Source: an uncultured Planctomycetia bacterium
GTDB lineage: Bacteria; Omnitrophota; Gorgyraeia; 2-02-FULL-51-18; JAGOUK01
Length of the DNA stretch: 64,000 bases
Reading direction: 5' to 3'
Assembly (NCBI GenBank): GCA_964430735.1
Contig: CAYSFB010000007.1
Span: 62,179-126,178, forward strand
The stretch's first letter is position 1. Every line of letters starts with the position of its first letter. Both the position numbers and the translations under genes were made by a program. The notes under the pieces are model-generated. The model had not been told where the DNA came from. It saw nothing but the letters and a program-made list of their open reading frames with translations, and made no database searches. Below are positions 51,178-62,203 of the stretch, in pieces.

Positions 51178-53658
51178 GTGCCGGATAAAAAACCCAAGAC
51201 GACCAAGACCGCCAAGCCCGCCGCTCCCAAAAAAGCGGCCGCCGACAAGAGCGAAGTTGTTAAGAAGAAGCCCGCCGCCCCCAAGGCGGTGAAGGCCACC
51301 GCTCCGTCCGCCGAGGCCAAGGTCGTCAAGAAGTCTGCGGAAAAAAAGACGGTGAAGGCCGCCGAAGTCAAAGCGGCGCCCGCAACCGCCGCCGCTCCGG
51401 CTGCCGCCAAGCCGGCCGCATCCGCTACGGCAGCTCCCAAGCCCGCGGCTCCTGCGGCGCCAACCACACCCATTTCGTCCAAACCGGCAGCTGTCGTTTC
51501 TCCGGCCGCGGCCAAACCTGCTCCCGCTCCCGTTGCTCCCGTCGCTCCTGCGGCCCCTGCGGCGAAGCCGGTTGCCGCTCCTGCGCCGGCCGCGGTCAAG
51601 CCCGCGGTTCCGCCGACGCCCGTTTCTGCTCCCGCGCCGGCCGTCAAGCCGACGCCCGCGCCCGCTCCTGCAGCTTCCGCTCCTGCGGCGCCGGCCAAGC
51701 CGATCGCGCCCCAGCCGCAAGCGCCCAGGCCCGCGGCTCCGATTCAGCAGGCGCCGCCTGTTGCCCCGCAGCGTCCGGCTCAGCCCGCGCCCGCCGCCGC
51801 GCCCGCACGGCCCTCATTTCCTCCGGCCGCCGCGCCGCGTCCGGCCGCTCCGGCTGCCGCCGCGCCCAAGCCCGCCGCCGCTCCCTCCGCTCCGGCGCTG
51901 AAGTCTCTTGAAGTCGCGACGCCGATCACGGTCCGCGATCTAGCCTCCGCCATGGAACAGAAGCCGACCGACGTCATGGCCAAGATGATCAAGATGGGGA
52001 CGATGGCCAGTCTCAACCAGTTTTTGCAATTCGAATCCGCGGTCAAGATCGCGCGCGAGTTCGGATACGAACTCGAGAAGCCGCATGAACTCGAAGAGAA
52101 CCTCTCCAAGTTCCACCGCGGGACCACCGACGCGTCCAAGCTCGTCCCGCGTCCGCCGATCGTGACCTTTATGGGTCACGTCGACCACGGCAAGACCTCG
52201 CTCCTCGATGCGATCCGCAAGACCAAGGTCGTGGATACCGAATCGGGAGGCATCACGCAGCATATCGGCGCGTACGAAATTTTTACCGAAAAGGGCGCCG
52301 TCACGTTCCTCGACACGCCCGGTCACGAAGCCTTCACGGCCATGCGCGCCCGCGGCGCCCGTTGCACGGACATCGTCGTTCTGGTCGTCGCGGCCGACGC
52401 GAGCATCCAGCCCCAGACCGAGGAAGCCATCGATCACGCGCTGGCAGCCGAGGCCACCGTCGTCGTCGCGATCAACAAGTGCGACCTTCCGGCCGCCAAC
52501 GTCGACCGCGTCAAAAAAGATCTGGCCGAACACGGCCTCGCGTCCGAAGACTGGGGCGGCAAAATCATCACCGTTCCCGTCTCCGCCAAAACGGGGCAGG
52601 GCATCGACCAGCTGGTCGAGATGCTGCTCCTCGAAGCCGAGCTTCTCGAGCTCAAGGCCGACCCCACGTCGCCCGCGCGCGGGACCGTGGTCGAAGCCGA
52701 ACTCTCGAAGGCTTCCGGCGCCATCGCCACGTTCCTGGTTCAGGACGGTACGCTCAAGACGGGCGACACCGTCGTCTGCGGAAACTTTTATGGCAAGGTC
52801 CGCGCCATGATCAACGAGCACGGCAAGCGCGTCCCCGAAGCGCCGCCCTCCTCGCCGGTCCGCGTCCTGGGTCTTTCCGGCGTGCCCTCGGCCGGCGACG
52901 TGTTCTACGTCGTCAAGGATGAGGTGAAGGCGCGCGAATGGATCAACGAGCGGCTCGAGCGCGACCGCAACAAGAACCTCGCCGGTCCTTCGCACATCAC
53001 GCTCGACGCCTTGTACGCCGAAATCAAGGCCGGCAAGCTCCAGACGCTCAAGCTCATTCTCAAGGCCGACGTGCAGGGTTCGGTCGAAGCGCTGAAGAAC
53101 ATCATCGGCCAGATCCCGGCCGACAAGATCAAGCTGCAGATCATTCATACCGGCACCGGCAATATCACGCATTCGGACGTCATGCTCGCCGCCGCTTCCA
53201 ACGCGGTCATCGTCGGCTTCCACGTCGACATCACCGCTGACGGCGAAACGACGGCCAAGCGCGAGGAAGTCGACGTCCGCCTGTACGAGATCATTTACGA
53301 AGCCAAAGCCGCGATCGAGAAGGCCCTCGAAGGCATGCTGGAGCCCGAAAAGCGGGAAGTTCAGATCGGCTCGGCCGAAGTCCGCCAGGTGTTCAAGCTT
53401 TCGAAGTCCGGCGTCGTTGCCGGTTCCATGGTCACCAAGGGCAAGATCGTCCGCAATGCGATGTGCCGCGTCCTGCGCAAGGGCGTCAAGGTCCACGAAG
53501 GCAAGGTCTCGGGGCTCAAGCGCTTCAAGAACGACGCGCGCGAAGTCGCCGAAGGCTTCGAGTGCGGCATCAGCATCGACAATTTTGAAGCGTTCCTGCC
53601 CGGCGACGAAATCCGAGTGCTGGAGGTCGAGTTCAAGGCGCAGACTTTGAAGAACTGA
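51178..53658 (+). CDS. infB: translation initiation factor IF-2
   Basis: It begins with a GTG start. The G-domain motifs GHVDHGKTS and DTPGHEAF are present. It has a long Ala/Pro-rich N-terminal region. Confidence 0.9.
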   Translation: MPDKKPKTTKTAKPAAPKKAAADKSEVVKKKPAAPKAVKATAPSAEAKVVKKSAEKKTVKAAEVKAAPATAAAPAAAKPAASATAAPKPAAPAAPTTPISSKPAAVVSPAAAKPAPAPVAPVAPAAPAAKPVAAPAPAAVKPAVPPTPVSAPAPAVKPTPAPAPAASAPAAPAKPIAPQPQAPRPAAPIQQAPPVAPQRPAQPAPAAAPARPSFPPAAAPRPAAPAAAAPKPAAAPSAPALKSLEVATPITVRDLASAMEQKPTDVMAKMIKMGTMASLNQFLQFESAVKIAREFGYELEKPHELEENLSKFHRGTTDASKLVPRPPIVTFMGHVDHGKTSLLDAIRKTKVVDTESGGITQHIGAYEIFTEKGAVTFLDTPGHEAFTAMRARGARCTDIVVLVVAADASIQPQTEEAIDHALAAEATVVVAINKCDLPAANVDRVKKDLAEHGLASEDWGGKIITVPVSAKTGQGIDQLVEMLLLEAELLELKADPTSPARGTVVEAELSKASGAIATFLVQDGTLKTGDTVVCGNFYGKVRAMINEHGKRVPEAPPSSPVRVLGLSGVPSAGDVFYVVKDEVKAREWINERLERDRNKNLAGPSHITLDALYAEIKAGKLQTLKLILKADVQGSVEALKNIIGQIPADKIKLQIIHTGTGNITHSDVMLAAASNAVIVGFHVDITADGETTAKREEVDVRLYEIIYEAKAAIEKALEGMLEPEKREVQIGSAEVRQVFKLSKSGVVAGSMVTKGKIVRNAMCRVLRKGVKVHEGKVSGLKRFKNDAREVAEGFECGISIDNFEAFLPGDEIRVLEVEFKAQTLKN
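51200..51900 (+). repeat. low-complexity Ala/Pro/Lys-rich coding repeat region in the infB N-terminal domain
   Basis: It is about 230 aa of AAPKPAAP-like units. At DNA level the gctcc(t/g)gcggc-type motifs repeat imperfectly. Confidence 0.6.
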
Positions 53659-53684
53659 CGCCGACCGAGCTCCCACACGCCCGA

Positions 53685-54668
53685 ATGCGAATCCTCTCAG
53701 GCATCCAACCCTCCGGCAATCTTCACCTCGGCAATTATTTCGGCATGATGCAGCGGATGATCGGCTACCAGCACGATCACGAGCTGTTCTGCTTCATCGT
53801 CAACTATCACGCGCTCACGTCCCAGCGAAACGGGGAGGAGCTCCGGGCCAAAACGATCGAAGCCGCCGCCGACTTCCTCGCGCTGGGCCTCGATCCCGAC
53901 CGCTGCACGTTCTGGGTCCAGTCCGACGTGCCCGAAGTGACCGAGCTCACCTGGATCCTCTCGAACGTCACGGGGATGGGTCTGCTCGAGCGCTGTCACT
54001 CCTACAAGGACAAGGTCGCCCAGGGTCTCGTGCCCAACCACGGCCTTTTCGCATACCCGGTGCTCATGGCCGCCGACATTCTCATGCTCCAGGCCGAGCG
54101 CATCCCGGTCGGCCAGGACCAGAAGCAGCACCTCGAAGTGGCCCGGGAAATCGCCGAAAAATTTAACCACGCCTACGGTACAATATTCCGCGTGCCCGAA
54201 CCGGACATCCTCAAGGAGACGGGACTCCTGCCCGGCGTCGACGGCCGCAAAATGTCCAAATCGTACGGGAACACGATCGAAATTTTCAGCACGCGCGAGG
54301 AGCTCAAGAAAAAAGTGATGTCGATCAAGACCGACTCGCGCCCGGTGGGCGAGTCCAAGGATCCGTCCGAAATGCCGCTCTTCGCGATCTACGCCGCGTT
54401 CCTCGACGCCGCCGCCCGGGAGGAGCTGAAGAAAAGATTCTTATCCCCGGGTCTGCGCTACAGCGACGTCAAGAACGAGCTCGCCGACCTCATTTGGACG
54501 CACTTCGAGCCGTTCCGCGCCCGCCGCGAGGCCCTTTTGGCCGACCGCCCGCGCATCGAAAAGATTCTCGAGCGGGGCGCCGCCAAAGCCCGCGCCGCCG
54601 CTCAGCCCACTTTTGACGCCGTCCGCCGCGCCGTCGGTCTCGATTACCGGACGGGGCGTAAGCCGTGA
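53685..54668 (+). CDS. trpS: tryptophan--tRNA ligase
   Basis: It carries class I motifs: a HIGH-like PSGNLHLGNY and KMSKS. Confidence 0.9.
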   Translation: MRILSGIQPSGNLHLGNYFGMMQRMIGYQHDHELFCFIVNYHALTSQRNGEELRAKTIEAAADFLALGLDPDRCTFWVQSDVPEVTELTWILSNVTGMGLLERCHSYKDKVAQGLVPNHGLFAYPVLMAADILMLQAERIPVGQDQKQHLEVAREIAEKFNHAYGTIFRVPEPDILKETGLLPGVDGRKMSKSYGNTIEIFSTREELKKKVMSIKTDSRPVGESKDPSEMPLFAIYAAFLDAAAREELKKRFLSPGLRYSDVKNELADLIWTHFEPFRARREALLADRPRIEKILERGAAKARAAAQPTFDAVRRAVGLDYRTGRKP

Positions 54669-55456
54669 CGTACAAAGTCCGTCTCCAGATTTTCGAAGGT
54701 CCGCTCGACCTGCTGCTCTATCTGATTCAGAAGAACGAGCTCGACATCCACGACATCCCGATCACGCTGGTGACCGAGCAGTACCTCGAATACCTGAACC
54801 TGATGCAGAGCCTCAACCTCGACGTCGCGGGGGAATTCCTCGTGATGGCGTCGATGCTGATGCGCATCAAGTCCAAGATGCTGCTTCCGCCGGACGAGGT
54901 TCCCGCCGACGCGCCCGCCGAAGAGCAGGACCCGCGCGCCGAACTCGTCGCGAAGCTCATCGAATACATGCGGTTCAAGGATGCCGCGCAGTCGCTGCGC
55001 AAGATGGAAGAAACCCGCATGGATTCGTTCACGCGCACCGCGCCGGAACTCGAGATCGACGCGGGGGACAGCCCGTTCCTGGACGGATCGCTGTTCGACC
55101 TCATCACCGCGTTCGGCAAGGTGCTCAAGCACATGCCCAAGGACGTCTTCCATCAGGTCATCAAGGACGAGTTCACCGTGGCCGAAAAGGTCACGGAGAT
55201 CCTCGGCGCCCTCGGCGGCGACGGCCACCGCGTCCGGTTCACTCAGCTGTTCAAAAAAGCCGGCAACCGCCTCGAAGCGATCACGGTGTTCCTGGCTTTG
55301 CTCGAGCTGATCCGCATGAAGGAAGTCATTTTTATGCAGGACACGTTGTTCGACGACATTCAAATCATCCACACGCCCAACCGGCGTCAGCTGGAGAGCG
55401 AAGCGGCAGCCGCCGAGGCCGCCGCATCGGAACCGACACACGGGGAGGCTTCATGA
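54665..55456 (+). CDS. scpA: segregation and condensation protein A
   Basis: A GTG start overlaps the trpS stop. It has the ScpA N-terminal motif (FEGPLDLLLYLIQKNELDI). Confidence 0.85.
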   Translation: MTYKVRLQIFEGPLDLLLYLIQKNELDIHDIPITLVTEQYLEYLNLMQSLNLDVAGEFLVMASMLMRIKSKMLLPPDEVPADAPAEEQDPRAELVAKLIEYMRFKDAAQSLRKMEETRMDSFTRTAPELEIDAGDSPFLDGSLFDLITAFGKVLKHMPKDVFHQVIKDEFTVAEKVTEILGALGGDGHRVRFTQLFKKAGNRLEAITVFLALLELIRMKEVIFMQDTLFDDIQIIHTPNRRQLESEAAAAEAAASEPTHGEAS

Positions 55457-56106
55457 ATCCGGAAATGCTGCGCCGCATCATCCAGGCGCTCGTCTACGTT
55501 TGTGACAAGCCGCTGACGGTCGATCAGGTCAAGGAAGTGACCGGGTCGGACGCCGCGGACATCCGCCGCGCTTTTGAAGAACTGCGCGACGCCTATACAT
55601 CATCCCAGAGCGGATTTTTGCTCAAGGAAGTCGCCGGCGGCTGGCAATTCGTCACCGATCCCGAGATGGCGCCCTATATTCGGACCTACGTTCAGCACCG
55701 CGACCAGAAGAAGCTGTCCGGTGCCGGCCTCGAAACGCTGTCGATCATCGCCTACAAGCAGCCGATCACGCGCGCCGAGATCGAATATATCCGCGGCGTG
55801 AACGTGGACGGAGCGATGAAGACGCTCCTGGAGAAGGGGCTGGTGAAGATTTCGGGCCGCAAGGAAGTCCCGGGCCGGCCGCTCCTGTATTCCACGACCA
55901 AGTTCTTTCTCGACCATTTCGGCATCGCCAACCTCAAGGAGCTGCCGAAGCTCGCCGAGTTCACGGAAAAGGACATCCAGCTGCCAGAAAGTCTCCAGCA
56001 TTCGCCGAGCGAGCTTCTGGGCGAAGGGGAGTCTGCCGAAACGCTGCCGTCCGGTGACGAAACGCCCGCCGAGGAACAAACGCAGGCCGCCGATGAAGCC
56101 CGATAG
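55453..56106 (+). CDS. scpB: segregation and condensation protein B
   Basis: It joins scpA through an ATGA overlap. It has tandem winged-helix motifs (..YKQPITRAEIEYIRGV) and is 217 aa. Confidence 0.85.
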   Translation: MNPEMLRRIIQALVYVCDKPLTVDQVKEVTGSDAADIRRAFEELRDAYTSSQSGFLLKEVAGGWQFVTDPEMAPYIRTYVQHRDQKKLSGAGLETLSIIAYKQPITRAEIEYIRGVNVDGAMKTLLEKGLVKISGRKEVPGRPLLYSTTKFFLDHFGIANLKELPKLAEFTEKDIQLPESLQHSPSELLGEGESAETLPSGDETPAEEQTQAADEAR

Positions 56107-57172
56107 CCTGAAGCGTCTGCGCGGCGCCATCGACCGTCTCGACCAGCAGCTGGTGGGGCTCCTGAACGACCGAGCCAAAATCAGCCAGGAGATCGGCCGC
56201 ATCAAGGACGCGACACAGGCGCCCGTTTACGCGCCGGCCCGCGAAAAGGAAGTCTTCGAGAACCTCCGCCGCAACAACCAGGGGCCGCTGCCCGACGCGT
56301 CGCTCGAAGCGATCTACTCCGAGATCATGTCGGGTTCGCTCAACCTCGAGCGCCCGCTCTCGATCGCGTACCTCGGCCCCGAACTTACGTTCACGCATCA
56401 GGCGAGCGTCAAAAAGTTCGGTTCCAGCGTCCGCTACGTCCCGTGTTCGAGCATCTCCGACATCTTCGCCGAAGTCGAAGCCGGCCGCTGCGATTACGGC
56501 GTCGCGCCGGTCGAGAATTCGACCGAAGGGGCGATCCATCACACGCTCGACAACTTCATCGACTCCGACCTCAAGATCTGCTCCGAAGTCATGCTCAAGA
56601 TCAACCTGACGCTGATGTCCAAAGAAAAGTCCCTCAAGAGCATCCGCCGGATCTACTCCAAGGGCGAAGTCTTCGGGCAATGCCGCCAGTGGCTCGAGAC
56701 CAACGTGCCGGCCGCCGTCCTCATCCCGGCGTCCTCGACCGCGCAAGGCGCGAAGATCGCCGCGTCGGAAAAAGGTTCCGCCTGCATCGCCAGCGCCCTG
56801 GCCGCCAAGCCCAACGGGCTCAAAATCCTCGGGCCGTCGATCCAGGATTCCTCGTCCAACGTTACGCGGTTCCTGGTCCTCTCGCGCGAATCCGCGCGTC
56901 CGACCAAGAGCGACAAGACGTCGCTCATGCTGTCCATCCAGGACCGTCCGGGCGCGCTGCTCGGCGTGCTCGAACCGTTCCGCAAGAATCAGATCAATCT
57001 CACGAAGATCGAATCCCGTCCGTCGCGCCTGCGCCAGTGGGATTACTTCTTCTTCATCGACCTCGACGCGCACGCCGAGGACCCGCGGGTCCAGCGCGCG
57101 CTCAAGGAAGTCCGCGTAAAGTCCGCCTACCTCAAGATCCTCGGGTCCTACCCGCGGTCCACGGGGAATTAA
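56093..57172 (+). CDS. pheA: bifunctional chorismate mutase / prephenate dehydratase (P-protein) with a C-terminal ACT domain
   Basis: It has an AroQ chorismate mutase N-terminus, a prephenate dehydratase core with the TRF and ESRPS motifs, and an ACT domain. Confidence 0.85.
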   Translation: MKPDSLKRLRGAIDRLDQQLVGLLNDRAKISQEIGRIKDATQAPVYAPAREKEVFENLRRNNQGPLPDASLEAIYSEIMSGSLNLERPLSIAYLGPELTFTHQASVKKFGSSVRYVPCSSISDIFAEVEAGRCDYGVAPVENSTEGAIHHTLDNFIDSDLKICSEVMLKINLTLMSKEKSLKSIRRIYSKGEVFGQCRQWLETNVPAAVLIPASSTAQGAKIAASEKGSACIASALAAKPNGLKILGPSIQDSSSNVTRFLVLSRESARPTKSDKTSLMLSIQDRPGALLGVLEPFRKNQINLTKIESRPSRLRQWDYFFFIDLDAHAEDPRVQRALKEVRVKSAYLKILGSYPRSTGN

Positions 57173-57178
57173 ACGCCG

Positions 57179-58303
57179 ATGAAAGCGCTGTTTCCTCCGG
57201 CCCATCCGGGCCTCGACAAGATTCAGGTGTATCAGCCGGGCAAGCCCATCGAAGAGCTCGAGCGCGAACTGGGCATCCGCCACGCGCTCAAGCTCGCCTC
57301 CAACGAAAACCCCTTCGGCCCGTCGCCGAAGGCCCTGGTCGCCGCGCGCCAGTCGCTCGCCAAGATCCACCGGTACCCGGACGCCAGCTGCTTCAAGCTC
57401 AAGCGCGCGCTGGCCGCCAAGTTCCGCCTGTCCGAAGACCGGATCGCCATCGGAAACGGCTCGGACGAACTCATCGTCATGGCCATCCGCGCCTTCGTCG
57501 GCGAGGGGGAGGAAGTTCTCACCGCGACGCCGACCTTTCTGATCTACAAGATCGCCGCGCAAGTCCACGGCGCCAAGGTCGTCGAAGTCCCGCAGAAGGA
57601 CTTCCGCTACGATCTCAAAGCCATGGCCGAGGCGATCACGAGCCGCACCAAGCTTATTTTTATCGCGAATCCCGACAACCCGACCGGCAGTTACGCGCGC
57701 CGATCGGAGCTGGAGGCGTTTCTCAAGCAGGTCCCGTCGCGCTGCCTCGTGTTCATGGACGAGGCCTACTACGAATACGCCGCCCGCGAAAAGGATTACC
57801 CGAACACGCTCAACTGGCTCGACCGGCCCAACCTCATCATCAGCCGCACGTTCTCGAAGGCCTACGGCCTCTGCGGTTTGCGCGTCGGCTATTCCTTCGC
57901 GCATCCCGACGTAACCACGGGCCTCAACAAGGTCCGCGAGCCGTTCAATATCAACAGCCCGGCGCAGGCCGCCGCGCTGGCCGCCCTCAGCGACACGGCA
58001 TTTCTAAATAAAGTCGTCACACAGACCAATTCCGAGCGCCGCCGCCTCGACGCGGAACTCAAGAAACGCGGGATCCGGACCGTTCCCAGCGCCGCCAACT
58101 TCATTCTGATGCAGGTCGGCCCGTCCGCCCACGCGCTGTACGACGGCCTTCTGCGTCGCGGCGTCATCGTCCGCCACATGAAGTCCTGGGGTCTGGGCGA
58201 CTTCGTCCGCGTCACCGTCGGCCGCCCGCAGGACAACCGCATTTTCCTGAAGGCGCTCGACGCCTGCCTCAAGTCCCAATCGTCCTCCGGCGGAAAAGCC
58301 TGA
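57179..58303 (+). CDS. hisC: histidinol-phosphate / aromatic-amino-acid aminotransferase (class II, HisC family)
   Basis: It carries the motifs KLASNENPFGPSP and ..SRTFSKAYGL. It lies between pheA and tyrA, so it may serve aromatic biosynthesis. Confidence 0.8.
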   Translation: MKALFPPAHPGLDKIQVYQPGKPIEELERELGIRHALKLASNENPFGPSPKALVAARQSLAKIHRYPDASCFKLKRALAAKFRLSEDRIAIGNGSDELIVMAIRAFVGEGEEVLTATPTFLIYKIAAQVHGAKVVEVPQKDFRYDLKAMAEAITSRTKLIFIANPDNPTGSYARRSELEAFLKQVPSRCLVFMDEAYYEYAAREKDYPNTLNWLDRPNLIISRTFSKAYGLCGLRVGYSFAHPDVTTGLNKVREPFNINSPAQAAALAALSDTAFLNKVVTQTNSERRRLDAELKKRGIRTVPSAANFILMQVGPSAHALYDGLLRRGVIVRHMKSWGLGDFVRVTVGRPQDNRIFLKALDACLKSQSSSGGKA

Positions 58304-59157
58304 TGGCCGTCCAGCCGCTGTTCCGCAAAGCCGCGATTGTCGGGGTGGGGCAGATCGGCGGTTCCGTCGCCTGGGCGATCAAGCGGAAAAAGCTCGCCTC
58401 CCAGGTCGTCGGCGTCTCCCAAAAATCGCACCTCGAAGCCAAGCGCCTGGGCGCGATCGACAAGGGGTACTTTCCGGACGAGCTCGCCGCCGCGCTCAAG
58501 GGCGCGGACCTGGTCGTCCTCGCGCTTCCGGTCGCGATGATCGAGTCCTTTGTGCGGGACCGCTCCAAAACGGCCCTCATCGACCCGAAGGCCGTCGTGA
58601 TCGACGTCGGCAGCACCAAGGTCCGGATCGCCGCCGCCGCCCGCAAAGGCGCGCTCAAGTCCCGTTTTGTCGGCTGCCATCCCATGGCCGGTTCCGAGAA
58701 GTCCGGCGCCGCCGCCGCAAACCCTGAACTTTTTAACGGCGCCGTTTGTTTCATGACCTCCCGCGACGCGCGCGTCCACAAGCTCTGGAAGGCGCTCGGC
58801 GCCGAACCGATCGTTCTGGATCCGGCCTCTCACGACCGCTGGGTCGCTCACGCCAGTCACATGCCGCATTTGCTGGCCTTTCTGCTCCTGGCGGGTTTTC
58901 CGTCCGGCGGCGGTTTCCGCGCGAACCCGAGCGTCCGCGATCTGGCCCGCATCTCCAAATCCGGCCCGGAACTCTGGACCGAAATTTTCAACTCCAACTC
59001 CGGCGAGCTGTTGACCGCCTCCCGCGCATTTGAAAAAAAGCTCCATGCCTTCAACGCTTCTTTGAAGCGCGGCGACCTCCGCTCGGTGAAGAGCATGATT
59101 CTTTCCGCCAACGCGCGCTCGCAAAAAGCTTTTCCCTCCACAGGCAAGCGCGCATGA
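58303..59157 (+). CDS. tyrA: prephenate/arogenate dehydrogenase
   Basis: It has the Rossmann motif IVGVGQIGGS and the TyrA core (GCHPMAGSEKSG). Confidence 0.8.
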   Translation: MAVQPLFRKAAIVGVGQIGGSVAWAIKRKKLASQVVGVSQKSHLEAKRLGAIDKGYFPDELAAALKGADLVVLALPVAMIESFVRDRSKTALIDPKAVVIDVGSTKVRIAAAARKGALKSRFVGCHPMAGSEKSGAAAANPELFNGAVCFMTSRDARVHKLWKALGAEPIVLDPASHDRWVAHASHMPHLLAFLLLAGFPSGGGFRANPSVRDLARISKSGPELWTEIFNSNSGELLTASRAFEKKLHAFNASLKRGDLRSVKSMILSANARSQKAFPSTGKRA

Positions 59158-59873
59158 CTTCCAAGTATCCGAAGCGGATGATCATCGCGATGGACGGTCC
59201 TGCCGGCAGCGGCAAATCCACGACCGCGCGCTGCCTTGCCGAACGCCTCAAGCTTCCGTATCTCGACACCGGCGCGATGTACCGCGCCGTCACGCTCTTG
59301 GCGATGGAAAAAAAGATCCCGCTCACCGACAGCAGGAAGCTCACCGCCATCGCCGCGCGCATCCCGCTCCGCTTCGGCAAGCTCAAAAACGGCAAGCAGA
59401 CCGTCTGGATCGGCGCGCGCAATGTCACAAAGGCCATCCGCACGCCCGAACTCACGGCCCAGGTTCACCACGCCGCCTCCGACGCGATGGTCCGCAAGGA
59501 ATTGGTCCGTCTCCAGCGCCGCGTCGCCAAGATCGGCGGGGGAGTTATCGAAGGCCGCGATATCGGCACGGTTGTTTTTCCGGAGACGCCTTACAAGTTC
59601 TATTTGGATGCCGACGTCCGGTTGCGGGCCCGCCGCCGGTACAACGAACTGGTCGCCGCCGGCGTCAAAGCAAAATATGAAGAAGTGTTAAAAGACCAAA
59701 AAATCCGCGACCATCGCGACGCCAACCGCAAGGCCAGCCCGTTGCGCCCCGCCAAGGACGCGATTCACCTCGATACCACCGGATTGACAATCCCCGAGAC
59801 CGCTGATAAGATTCAGGACCTGATTTTGACGATCAAACCCCGCCCGGAACCGTCCGGCCGCAAGCGCAAGTAG
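59154..59873 (+). CDS. cmk: cytidylate kinase
   Basis: It carries the P-loop DGPAGSGKST and is 239 aa. Confidence 0.9.
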   Translation: MTSKYPKRMIIAMDGPAGSGKSTTARCLAERLKLPYLDTGAMYRAVTLLAMEKKIPLTDSRKLTAIAARIPLRFGKLKNGKQTVWIGARNVTKAIRTPELTAQVHHAASDAMVRKELVRLQRRVAKIGGGVIEGRDIGTVVFPETPYKFYLDADVRLRARRRYNELVAAGVKAKYEEVLKDQKIRDHRDANRKASPLRPAKDAIHLDTTGLTIPETADKIQDLILTIKPRPEPSGRKRK

Positions 59874-59882
59874 GGGTCGTCT

Positions 59883-60500
59883 TTGTTCTACCGCATTTGC
59901 CAGTTTTTGCTTTACTGCATTTTTAAGGTCTGGAACCGATTCGAGTTGCACGGTTCCGAGAACCTCCCCGGTCCTTCCACCGGTTTTATCTTGGCAGCCA
60001 ATCACGTGAGCTACCTGGATCCGCCCGTCCTCGGGGGGCGCATCCGCCGCCGCTTGGGCTTCATGGCAAAAGAGCGGCTGTTCAAGATTCCGGTGCTGGG
60101 CCGCATGATCGTCTGGCTCGGCGCGCTGCCGATCGCCGGAGACAGCGAGTTCAAGAGCATGCGGGTCGTGATCCGCGCGCTCAAAGAGGGGAAAGCCGTC
60201 GTGATTTTCCCCGAAGGCACCCGCGGAGCGGGGGAAGAATTTTTGGAAGGTCAGCCGGGCGTGGCGTTTCTCGCGCACGCCGCAGGCGTTCCGATCGTGC
60301 CCTGTTACATCGAAGGCACGGCAAAAGCTTGGCCGAGAGGCCAAAAGGCGTTTAGACCCGCCAAGATCAAGGTCTATGTCGGGGCTCCGATCCCCGTGAC
60401 GGACGGTCGCATAGAGGACAAAGTGAGTCACTATGAAAAAACCGCGCGTCTCGTGATGGACCGGATCCGCGAACTTAAAACACAGTCACAAAATGCATAA
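59883..60500 (+). CDS. plsC: 1-acyl-sn-glycerol-3-phosphate acyltransferase
   Basis: It carries the H-x4-D motif NHVSYLDP and the FPEGTR motif. The start is probably TTG. Confidence 0.75.
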   Translation: MFYRICQFLLYCIFKVWNRFELHGSENLPGPSTGFILAANHVSYLDPPVLGGRIRRRLGFMAKERLFKIPVLGRMIVWLGALPIAGDSEFKSMRVVIRALKEGKAVVIFPEGTRGAGEEFLEGQPGVAFLAHAAGVPIVPCYIEGTAKAWPRGQKAFRPAKIKVYVGAPIPVTDGRIEDKVSHYEKTARLVMDRIRELKTQSQNA

Positions 60501-60520
60501 CCAAGGAAACCTGTAACAAC

Positions 60521-62119
<1,599 letters not shown>

Positions 62120-62133
62120 GGGTTTGAGTTCAA

Positions 62134-62180
62134 AAGCCCGAATCGCTTCGTTTTAAACGATGCGGTTCGGGCTTTTTTAT
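62134..62180 (+). terminator. rho-independent terminator after rpsA: long imperfect hairpin agcccgaa...ttcgggct followed by TTTTTTATT
   Basis: An 8-bp outer stem plus inner pairings is flanked by an A-tract upstream and a T-tract downstream. Confidence 0.65.
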
Positions 62181-62203
62181 TAAAATCCGGTTATCATATT
62201 TCC

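Noticed and set aside
51200-51900. Repetitive region considered as a possible CRISPR array or other repeat element
   Set aside because: The repeats are imperfect, in-frame and encode the Ala/Pro-rich IF-2 N-terminus. There is no repeat-spacer periodicity.
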